Shown here piece by piece: positions 55,997 to 64,000 of a DNA stretch of 64,000 nucleotides. Both the position numbers and the translations under genes were made by a program. Under the pieces are notes generated by a model. The model searched no databases, was not told where the DNA came from, and saw only the letters and a program-made list of their open reading frames with translations. The stretch's first letter is position 1, and each line of letters starts with the position of its first letter. Location: positions 103,623 through 167,622 of the forward strand of contig CAXXFV010000026.1 of the NCBI GenBank assembly GCA_963674595.2, in the 5' to 3' direction. This DNA comes from a bacterium (GTDB lineage Bacteria; Zhuqueibacterota; Zhuqueibacteria; Residuimicrobiales; Krinioviventaceae).

Positions 55997-58900
55997 TAAA
56001 TTTACCAAAAAAAATAATAATTCTCGGTAGTTCTGCTTTAAAAATTGGTGAGGCTGGTGAATTTGATTATTCAGGAAGTCAGGCCATTAAAGCATTAAAA
56101 GAAGAAGGCGTTCGCACCATACTGGTAAATCCAAATATTGCCACCATACAAACATCGGATTATCTGGCAGATGAAGTTTACTTTTTACCGGTAACGCCCT
56201 ATTTTGTAGAGCAGGTTATAAAAAAAGAAAAACCGGACGGCATTATGCTCGGTTTTGGCGGACAAACCGCACTTAACTGCGGTATTGAACTGGAAAAAAG
56301 CGGTGTTTTAAAACGTTATGGTGTTAATGTTTTCGGAACGTCTGTTGAAACGATTATAAACACGGAAGACAGAGACCTTTTTACAAACAAGCTTAAAGAA
56401 ATTGACGTTAAAGTTCCGCTGAGTAAAGCGGTCGAATCGGTTGAAGAAGCGGTCAAGGTTGCTCAGGATATAGGTTACCCGGTTATGATCCGGATTGCCT
56501 ATGCATTGGGCGGACTTGGTTCCGGAATTTGCCGAACCGAAGAAGACGTCCGTGATCTTGCCAAAAAAGCGTTTTCCTATACAAACCAAATTCTGGTTGA
56601 AGAGTATTTACTCGGCTGGAAAGAGATCGAATATGAAATTGTTCGCGACCAGTTTAACAACTGTTTGTCCGTATGTAATATGGAAAATTTCGATCCCATG
56701 GGGATCCATACCGGCGAAAGTATTGTTGTTGCTCCCAGCCAGACCCTGACAAACAGAGAATATCACAAACTGCGTGAAATTGCCATCCGCACGGTTCGGC
56801 ATTTGGGAATTATCGGCGAGTGTAACATTCAATACGCCCTTGATTCCAAATCCGAAGATTACCGGGTCATTGAAATAAATGCACGGTTATCACGAAGTTC
56901 TGCGCTGGCATCCAAAGCCACCGGTTATCCGCTGGCGGCTGTTGCGGCAAAACTGGCCCTTGGCTACAGTTTAACGGATTTGCCCAATTCCATTACAAAA
57001 ATAACAAAGTCCAGTTTTGAACCGGCCCTGGATTATATTGTTGTTAAACTCCCGCGCTGGGACCTTAAAAAGTTTAAACAGGTTTCCAAAAAACTCGGTT
57101 CCGGCATGAAGTCTGTCGGCGAAATTATGGCCATCGGGCGAAAGTTTGAAGAGGCGCTGCAAAAAGGCCTTAGAATGCTGGAAATCGGCGCAAACGGACT
57201 TGTCTGCAATAACGGATTCAAGGTTGATGACATTGAAACAGAACTGGCCGAACCAACCGATCTTCGGGTGTTTGCCATTCCTGACGCTATTAAAAACGGA
57301 ATGACCATTGACCAGATTCACGATGCTTCCCATATTGATAAATGGTTTTTATACAAAATTCAAAATATCGTCAATATTGAGCAGCAGCTTAATAAAGTCG
57401 GTGAGCAGCGTTGTCCCCACGACCTGTTACTGGAAGCCAAAATGCACGGATTCTCTGATGATCAGGTTGCTTACGCCCTGCAAAAACCGTCTGAAGAAAT
57501 TCGTCAGTTGAGAAAAAATTACGGCATTTCACCCTGCGTAAAACAGATTGATACCCTGGCAGCCGAATACCCGGCACAGACAAATTATCTTTATCTGACC
57601 TATAACGGATCGGAAGACGACGTTACCTTCCTGGACCGTAACTCGGTTATGGTATTGGGAAGCGGGGCTTACCGCATCGGTAGTTCCGTAGAGTTTGACT
57701 GGTGCTGCGTCAATTCGGTGCGGGCTTTGAAAAAACTGAATTATCAGACCATTATGGTCAATTATAATCCGGAAACCGTCAGTACGGATTATGACGAATG
57801 TGATAAATTATATTTTGATGAAATAACATACGAAACAGTGTTGGACATTTGTGAAAAAGAAAAACCCCTTGGTGTTATTATTTCCATGGGCGGACAAATT
57901 CCAAACAACCTGGCTTTAAAACTTCACAATGCCGGTATTAAAATTTTGGGAACGTCGCCCCTTAGCATTGACAATGCCGAAGACAGACACAAATTTTCAA
58001 AATTGCTGGATGATCTGAAAATTGATCAGCCGGAATGGAGAGAATTGACATCCTTGGACACTGCCAAAGAATTTGCAGATAATGTCGGCTATCCGGTCCT
58101 TGTACGCCCGTCCTATGTTTTAAGCGGTGCGGCCATGAGCGTTGCCTCAAATGATTTGGAACTGGAAAAATTTCTCAATAAAGCATCAAATATTTCTTCC
58201 GATCATCCGGTAGTTATCAGCAAGTTTATTGAAAACGCCAAAGAAATAGAGTTTGACGCAGTTGCTCAAAAGGGTGATCTGCTGGTGTTTGCCATTTCCG
58301 AACATGTGGAAAACGCGGGTGTGCATTCCGGTGATGCAACCATGGTGTTGCCGCCGCAGCGCACATTTTTGGAAACAACCCGCCGCGTTAAAAAAATTGC
58401 CCGTAAAATTGCCCAGGCGCTTAAAATTGACGGACCGTTTAACATCCAGTTCGTTGCCAAGGACAATGACGTCAAGGTTATCGAATGTAACCTGCGGGCT
58501 TCAAGAAGTTTTCCCTTTGTTTCAAAGATATTCCGGGTTAATTTTATCGACATTGCCACCCGGGTTTTTATGGGCCACCATGTCCCCAAAATCGACAAAT
58601 CCGCATTTGATCTGGAATATGTCGGTATCAAAGCCCCGCAGTTTTCCTTTACACGGCTTATCGGCGCTGATCCCACACTTGGTGTGGAAATGGCTTCAAC
58701 CGGTGAAGTGGCCTGTTTGGGCGATGATTTTGATGAGGCCTTTTTAAAGTCTCTGCTTTCGGTTGGCTATCGTTTACCCATTAAAAATGTGTTGCTCTCC
58801 ACAGGTCCCATTGAGACCAAGGCCGCCTTTTTGGCCAGCACGCGGATTATGCAAAACATGGGAATCAAGTTTTATGCAACCGGCGGAACAGCCCGTTTTA

Positions 58901-59184
58901 TGGAACAAAACGGCATACCTGTTAAAAAACTGCACTGGCCGCTTTCCGGTCAAACTCCGAATGTTGTGGATTATATTTCGGACAGAAAAATCGACCTGGT
59001 TATAAATATTCCCAAAAATTATCAGGAAGAAGAGCTGACAAACGATTATATTATCCGGCGTAAAGCGGTTGATTATGCTATTCCGCTGTTTACCAATTTA
59101 CAGCTTGCGCGCCGGTTTGTAGAAGCAATATCACGAAAAAATATTAAAGATCTGCAAATTAAAAGCTGGAGTGAGTATGAATAG
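55993..59184 (+). CDS. carB: Carbamoyl-phosphate synthase large subunit
   Basis: 'EFDYSGSQA', 'GIHTGES', 'EFDWC', 'RPSYVLSG', 'GVHSGDA', C-terminal MGS domain; ATGA overlap with carA. Confidence 0.97.
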   Translation: MINLPKKIIILGSSALKIGEAGEFDYSGSQAIKALKEEGVRTILVNPNIATIQTSDYLADEVYFLPVTPYFVEQVIKKEKPDGIMLGFGGQTALNCGIELEKSGVLKRYGVNVFGTSVETIINTEDRDLFTNKLKEIDVKVPLSKAVESVEEAVKVAQDIGYPVMIRIAYALGGLGSGICRTEEDVRDLAKKAFSYTNQILVEEYLLGWKEIEYEIVRDQFNNCLSVCNMENFDPMGIHTGESIVVAPSQTLTNREYHKLREIAIRTVRHLGIIGECNIQYALDSKSEDYRVIEINARLSRSSALASKATGYPLAAVAAKLALGYSLTDLPNSITKITKSSFEPALDYIVVKLPRWDLKKFKQVSKKLGSGMKSVGEIMAIGRKFEEALQKGLRMLEIGANGLVCNNGFKVDDIETELAEPTDLRVFAIPDAIKNGMTIDQIHDASHIDKWFLYKIQNIVNIEQQLNKVGEQRCPHDLLLEAKMHGFSDDQVAYALQKPSEEIRQLRKNYGISPCVKQIDTLAAEYPAQTNYLYLTYNGSEDDVTFLDRNSVMVLGSGAYRIGSSVEFDWCCVNSVRALKKLNYQTIMVNYNPETVSTDYDECDKLYFDEITYETVLDICEKEKPLGVIISMGGQIPNNLALKLHNAGIKILGTSPLSIDNAEDRHKFSKLLDDLKIDQPEWRELTSLDTAKEFADNVGYPVLVRPSYVLSGAAMSVASNDLELEKFLNKASNISSDHPVVISKFIENAKEIEFDAVAQKGDLLVFAISEHVENAGVHSGDATMVLPPQRTFLETTRRVKKIARKIAQALKIDGPFNIQFVAKDNDVKVIECNLRASRSFPFVSKIFRVNFIDIATRVFMGHHVPKIDKSAFDLEYVGIKAPQFSFTRLIGADPTLGVEMASTGEVACLGDDFDEAFLKSLLSVGYRLPIKNVLLSTGPIETKAAFLASTRIMQNMGIKFYATGGTARFMEQNGIPVKKLHWPLSGQTPNVVDYISDRKIDLVINIPKNYQEEELTNDYIIRRKAVDYAIPLFTNLQLARRFVEAISRKNIKDLQIKSWSEYE

Positions 59185-59235
59185 ACATACTCACTCTTGA
59201 TGTTATTTTTATCCTGTTAAATTGGATAAGTCAAA

Positions 59236-60294
59236 ATGTCGCTTGTTCGTGAAAAGTCCTATTCAATGCTCAAAGAACCTTATCTGTTAAAACAGGGAAC
59301 ATTCAAGCGGCTGTTCACAGCCGCCGGATTGATTTTTCTGTTATTAATAGTAGGCACCTTGGGGTATATGGTTATTGAAAAATGGGACGTTTTAAATTCT
59401 TTTTATATGACCGTTATAACCATTGCAACGGTCGGATTTCGTGAAGTCGGCGATATGGGGACCCGTGGTAAATTATTTACTTCAGCTTTAATTTTTTTAG
59501 GTATAGGTATTGGTGGATACGCCATCGGTACCATTGCCGCCTTTCTTATTGAAGGGCAAATGTTGGATTTGGTAAAGGGAAGAAAAATGGCCAAGGCAAT
59601 TACAAATTTACGCAACCATATCATTGTTTGCGGATATGGTAAAATCGGTAAAGAAGTTTGTCACCGGTTGGCTGAGGCAGGCAAAGATTTTATTGTTATT
59701 GATAAAGCCATGGAAAACATTGAAGATGCGCTTGCCTATGGCTACCTGGCGGCAGTCGGCGAAGCAACGGATGACGATATTTTGATTAAAAGCGGCATCC
59801 AAAATGCCGAAGGGCTTGTCAGCGCAATTTCCGATGATTCCGCCAATGTTTATCTGGTCCTTACGGCCCGTGCTTTAAACGAAAAACTGCGAATCATTGC
59901 CCGAGGTGTCGGCGAAACATCACAAAAGAAAATGCTTCGTGCCGGTGCAGACAGGGTTGTATCTCCTTATGAAATCGGCGCCCGCCGTATGGCTGCGCTG
60001 TCTATTAAACCGGATATGGTGGACTTTATCGAGGCATTAACGCCATCGCACAGCTACGGCTTGCTCATTGAAAAACTGACATTGAACAAAGACAGCAACC
60101 TGGTTGGAAAACGTCTGGACGAGTCTTTTATTAAAAGGGATACCAACGGCGCCATGGTTTTGGGTATTGAAAAAGTAGGGCACAAAATGCTTCTTAACCC
60201 GCACGGCAGCACTATTTTGCAGGAAAATGATATGCTGCTGTCAATCGGCACCGAAGAGCAGCTTAATGCCCTTAAAAAGCTTGTAACCAAATAA
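59236..60294 (+). CDS. Potassium channel protein (2-TM pore plus TrkA-N/C RCK domains)
   Basis: 'FYMTVITIATVGFREV' pore helix/filter, 'IVCGYGKIG', 'RAGADRVVSPY'. Confidence 0.92.
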   Translation: MSLVREKSYSMLKEPYLLKQGTFKRLFTAAGLIFLLLIVGTLGYMVIEKWDVLNSFYMTVITIATVGFREVGDMGTRGKLFTSALIFLGIGIGGYAIGTIAAFLIEGQMLDLVKGRKMAKAITNLRNHIIVCGYGKIGKEVCHRLAEAGKDFIVIDKAMENIEDALAYGYLAAVGEATDDDILIKSGIQNAEGLVSAISDDSANVYLVLTARALNEKLRIIARGVGETSQKKMLRAGADRVVSPYEIGARRMAALSIKPDMVDFIEALTPSHSYGLLIEKLTLNKDSNLVGKRLDESFIKRDTNGAMVLGIEKVGHKMLLNPHGSTILQENDMLLSIGTEEQLNALKKLVTK

Positions 60295-60390
60295 ATTTAT
60301 TTGATATAGTTAAAAATCCTTTTTATATTTTTATGGACAAGTATAAAATAAATCCTTATATTTCCCGATATGAGAAAGACTGACGCAACT

Positions 60391-61071
60391 ATGAAAAAAA
60401 CAATATTATACTTTTTCCTGATGTTCGGATTTGCCGTTTCAATCGCTACGGCTGCGCCAAAAACACTGGCTGTTTTATATTTTGAAAACAACAGTCTGGA
60501 CAAAGCAGCGGAAATGCAGCCCCTGTCCAAGGGCCTGGCTGATATGTTTATTACCGAGTTTTCCAAAATAGAACAGTTCCGCGTTGTCGAACGAAGCCGT
60601 ATTGAGCAGCTTATTGAGGAAATGAAGCTGGGGCAATCCGGATTAATTAAGCCGGAATCGGCCCAGCAGGTTGGGAATATGCTGGGTGCGCAAAACCTGG
60701 TGTTCGGTTCGTTTATGCGCGGCTTTGACGGAAAAATGCGGATTGATATTCGTATTGTTGAAGTAGAAACAGGCCTGACCCTTAAAGCTGAACAGGAAAC
60801 AGGCAATCCCAAGGATTTGTATAAAGTAGTTAATAAGTTGGTTGCAAAAGTCATAAAAAATTTGGATATTAGAATATCCAAAGCCGAGGCCAAAAAACTG
60901 GCCCAGGTAGAAAACACATCTTTTGACGCGTCTCTGTTATATGCAAAAGGTCTGGAATATGAAGATAACGGAGATTTTAAAAACGCTAAAAAGATGTATG
61001 AAAAAGCATTAAAAAAGAACAAAAACTATACGAGTGCACAGGCAAGATTAAAAGCTCTTGCCAAATATTAA
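60391..61071 (+). CDS. Exported CsgG/TolB-N-like domain protein with C-terminal TPR
   Basis: Signal peptide; 'LAVLYFEN..GLADMFIT..VVERSRIEQLIEE..AQQVGNMLGAQ..RIDIRIVEVETG'; TPR at the end. Confidence 0.82.
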   Translation: MKKTILYFFLMFGFAVSIATAAPKTLAVLYFENNSLDKAAEMQPLSKGLADMFITEFSKIEQFRVVERSRIEQLIEEMKLGQSGLIKPESAQQVGNMLGAQNLVFGSFMRGFDGKMRIDIRIVEVETGLTLKAEQETGNPKDLYKVVNKLVAKVIKNLDIRISKAEAKKLAQVENTSFDASLLYAKGLEYEDNGDFKNAKKMYEKALKKNKNYTSAQARLKALAKY

Positions 61072-61128
61072 TATTTGCCCTTTTTTAATTCGTCAAGCAT
61101 CCTTTGTTTTTGCATCTGTGAGGCAGAT

Positions 61129-62517
61129 ATGTTGAAAAAAAATATTTACTTGTTGCTATGCATCCTCGGCTTGATGCTGATGATGCTGTTCACGGGGTGC
61201 GCAACTTCCTACTATTCACAAGGTCATTCTGCTTTAGAAGAGCAGGAATATGATACCGCCATTAAAAATCTCAAATTAGCAATTGCCGACGATTTTTACA
61301 ATGTTGAGGCCATACGTGATATGGGAATTGCCGTGTATCATAAAGGCAATAAAAATCTCGCGCAAAAGTTTTTGCGGCTGGCGCAAACGCGCCTGACGGA
61401 CGATCCGGTGATTTTTTACTATCGCGGTATGATTTACGAAGAGCAGGGACAGATTGATAATGCTATCAAAATGTACAGCAGTTACGCCGATGTCAGCCCG
61501 CTAAATTCACTTCGTAAAGAAATTGAAAGCCGTTTACTCGTGCTTTTACGCGAACAAATGAAAGCCAGTGTCAAACAAATGGTTGATATGGAACAGGCGC
61601 TGGATACCCAGTTGCTGCCGGACGATGCCCTGGCGGTCCTGTATTTTACCAACACAACCGGCGAAGAACAACTGGCACTCATCCAAAAAGGTCTTGTTGA
61701 TATGATTATTACGGACCTTTCTCAGGTAGAATCCCTGACCCTTGTTGAACGGGCCAGGCTGCAGGAGCTTATGGATGAGATTGGTTTGGGCATGACCGGT
61801 ATGGTCGATGAGTCTACAGCCGCCAGAATGGGGAAACTACTTGGTGCTTCCCAGGTGGTGCACGGAACGATACTCGGGCTGGGCGATAATATGCTGCGCA
61901 TTGATGCCGGTTTGACAAATATAAAACTGGATGACAATCAAACGGCGGAAAAAGTAACCGGGTCCATGAAAGATTTTTTCCACCTTGAAAAAGATATTGT
62001 CTTTGAAATTATTGATATGATGAAAATTCCACTGACCTTTGAAGAACGTCAGGCTATTGAAAAAATACCGACATCAAATCTGCTTGCATTTATGTCCTAT
62101 TGTCGCGGACTGGATTATGAGGACAAGGGCCTGTGGACCGATGCACAATTTGAATATCAAAATGCCGTTAATATTGACCCTGCGTTTAACGCCGCACAAA
62201 CCGGTGTTGACCGTTCGCAAGCTTTTTCCAGTTTTACTGCCGTACCTCCGGAACCGACACTGGCAGAAGTGACACAAAAAGCGACCAAAACGAAAAAAGC
62301 ACAGAGCAAGGTTACAAAGAAAAAGGCGGCAAAAAAACTGGCGTCCAGCTCCGAATCTCCCTTGGGGAGCCGGCTGGACCGTACCGCACAAACGGTCAGT
62401 GCAGGATTTATCCCCAGTGTGGATTCCAGAAAACCCACCACCGAAGAGGCCGCACCGACTTTTGGCGCGTCTCCTGACCTTCAAATAAATATTCGTGTCC
62501 CATTGCCTTTAAAATGA
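61129..62517 (+). CDS. Lipoprotein with TPRs and CsgG/TolB-N-like domain
   Basis: Lipobox LFTGC, TPRs, 'LAVLYFTN..GLVDMIITDL..LVERARLQELMDE..ARMGKLLGA', further TPR and a Lys-rich tail. Confidence 0.82.
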   Translation: MLKKNIYLLLCILGLMLMMLFTGCATSYYSQGHSALEEQEYDTAIKNLKLAIADDFYNVEAIRDMGIAVYHKGNKNLAQKFLRLAQTRLTDDPVIFYYRGMIYEEQGQIDNAIKMYSSYADVSPLNSLRKEIESRLLVLLREQMKASVKQMVDMEQALDTQLLPDDALAVLYFTNTTGEEQLALIQKGLVDMIITDLSQVESLTLVERARLQELMDEIGLGMTGMVDESTAARMGKLLGASQVVHGTILGLGDNMLRIDAGLTNIKLDDNQTAEKVTGSMKDFFHLEKDIVFEIIDMMKIPLTFEERQAIEKIPTSNLLAFMSYCRGLDYEDKGLWTDAQFEYQNAVNIDPAFNAAQTGVDRSQAFSSFTAVPPEPTLAEVTQKATKTKKAQSKVTKKKAAKKLASSSESPLGSRLDRTAQTVSAGFIPSVDSRKPTTEEAAPTFGASPDLQINIRVPLPLK

Positions 62518-62536
62518 TCTATTTGTCAAGCAACAC

Positions 62537-63670
62537 ATGAGGCCCATCATGAAAAGAGTATGCATCTTTAACATAAATAAAATAATATTTTATATATTGT
62601 TGGTTTCGGTACAAACGTGTCTGGGGCAGTCTGTATTAACAAGCATAAATGAAAGATTTCAAAACAGAACCATTATCGGCTATCAATACTGGCAGGCAGA
62701 TGATGATAAAGTCCAGCAACTGGCTGTTCCTTTGACCTTTTCCTATTTATATAATGAAAAATTAAAATTTGAAATCAGCGGCGCTTCCGCATTCAGTAAC
62801 AGCAAAACCGGTGCTTCGGCTGCTTTTAACGGTTTGGCAGATACCCGGTTCAGCGGCTCATACATGTTTGGCGAAGAAAAGTTTTTATTTTCCTTCGGCG
62901 CCAACCTGCCCAGCGGCAAAAACGCCCTTAACGCTGAAGAATTTTCAGTCGCCAATATCCTTGCCCTGCATGTGCTCAATTTTCAGGTGCCGATTTTGGG
63001 TCAGGGACTGGACCTGAGCACCGGCCTTGTGATGGCGCAGCCCTTTGCCGGTTGGGTATTGGGACTGGGCGCCGGGTATTTAAGACGGGGCGCTTATGAA
63101 CCGTTTAAAGATTTGGACTTTTCTTATGACCCCGGCGATGAAATTACCATTTCCATCGGTGCGGACAAGGACATTGGCCGTCGTAACAAGTTTATGTTTG
63201 ATTTTGGTTATACACTATACGGAAGTGATAAAACAGATACTCTTGAGGTTTTTAAAGCAGGCAACCGATTTTCCATCAGGGCGCTGGGTTATATTGAAGG
63301 TGAATTTTTCAATATCGTCCTCAGTTTGCAGGACAGGATCCAGTCGAAAAACAAAATCGGCACCGGGAACCTGGCGCCGGAAGCTCAAAACAGCAACGGC
63401 AATGAACTGGAATTTTTGGCCCTGGGAAATTACCAGATTGGCCGGGAGACCTATTTGAAAGGGATTTTTGAAGTTAAACTCTATTCTGATAATGCCTATA
63501 AAATCGGCGGTGCGCAAGTTGCCGGCATAGGCAGCGGATTTCGTCATTCTCTCACAGATCATGTTGATCTGGATACGGACATACGTTTTTACGTCGGTAC
63601 GCTCAATATCGGAAAGGATGTTACTTTAAAGGGCCTGCAATTCAATACAGGACTAAAGATTGCATTATAA
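62537..63670 (+). CDS. Putative outer-membrane beta-barrel protein
   Basis: Signal peptide; 'GLADTRF', 'GANLPSGK', 'YDPGDE', alternating strands, ends 'FNTGLKIAL'. Confidence 0.7.
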   Translation: MRPIMKRVCIFNINKIIFYILLVSVQTCLGQSVLTSINERFQNRTIIGYQYWQADDDKVQQLAVPLTFSYLYNEKLKFEISGASAFSNSKTGASAAFNGLADTRFSGSYMFGEEKFLFSFGANLPSGKNALNAEEFSVANILALHVLNFQVPILGQGLDLSTGLVMAQPFAGWVLGLGAGYLRRGAYEPFKDLDFSYDPGDEITISIGADKDIGRRNKFMFDFGYTLYGSDKTDTLEVFKAGNRFSIRALGYIEGEFFNIVLSLQDRIQSKNKIGTGNLAPEAQNSNGNELEFLALGNYQIGRETYLKGIFEVKLYSDNAYKIGGAQVAGIGSGFRHSLTDHVDLDTDIRFYVGTLNIGKDVTLKGLQFNTGLKIAL

Positions 63671-63691
63671 TCTTTTGAGAGGAATGTTTAC

Positions 63692-64000
63692 ATGAAAAAG
63701 TATTTATATATATTGTTTGTGTTGTTTTTGGGTTGTGCGGATTTTTCATCCAGCCCGGAACAACTGCCCACCATAAATTTGGACCTTCACTTTAATCCCG
63801 GGCAGCCAGTGCCCAAAAGTTCTCAAAATTCATCGAATGATGTTTTAAACAAAACACAGGGCAGCGCTATTGCAACTGTTTTGCTGTTAAACTGCAACGG
63901 TTCGGACAGTACCACAGCATTTGATTATTCTGTGTATGCCAATCACGCTTATTTACATAATGTTAAACGGTTTTATCAGGAATCCGACCAAAAAAGGGGC
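63692..64000 (+). CDS. Hypothetical lipoprotein (truncated at the window end)
   Basis: GAGG RBS, MKKYLYILFVLFLGC lipobox, open to base 64000. Confidence 0.75.
   Translation, partial: MKKYLYILFVLFLGCADFSSSPEQLPTINLDLHFNPGQPVPKSSQNSSNDVLNKTQGSAIATVLLLNCNGSDSTTAFDYSVYANHAYLHNVKRFYQESDQKRG

Noticed and set aside
60297-61022. 241-aa minus-strand ORF and other long antisense ORFs (e.g. 33965..34609, 47048..47551)
   Set aside because: Shadows of well-supported genes on the opposite strand, with no motifs of their own.

Overview
An AT-rich bacterial chromosome segment. Six secreted proteins end in a 'NYPNPFNP..T.I.(Y/F)' FlgD-Ig/T9SS type-A-like C-terminal domain, which points to an FCB-group organism such as KSB1, Calditrichota or Ignavibacteria (inference). 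From 1 to 42.5 kb almost every gene is on the minus strand. That half holds a patchwork of accessory genes: phosphatases, an LRR protein, beta-helix and beta-propeller cargo proteins, TetR, an MBL hydrolase, transporters, a zeta-toxin-like pair, an ABC/PQQ-propeller operon and a Na+/solute symporter. From 43 to 64 kb genes are mostly plus-strand: a Type II-like restriction-modification pair, a chimeric lipoprotein, a sugar isomerase, a PrsA-like PPIase, a TPR protein, a GT4, carAB, a K+ channel and a CsgG/TPR/beta-barrel cluster. I saw no rRNA, tRNA, CRISPR array, transposase or integrase. The most unusual signals are non-coding. (1) Six dispersed copies of a promoter-plus-leader element (TTGCNN-17 bp-TATWAT), four linked to a GTAG-type REP palindrome, each pointing into unrelated accessory genes. 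(2) A 10-unit higher-order tandem array built from the 3' end of a small membrane gene and punctuated by GTCCC-N3-GGGAC hairpins. (3) A duplicate of the PPIase upstream region and N-terminus fused in frame to a different enzyme. (4) Phased 10-bp repeats over the promoter of a MerR-HTH-fused DNA methyltransferase. (5) A decayed attC-like site. Two apparent +1 frameshifts may be sequencing errors.
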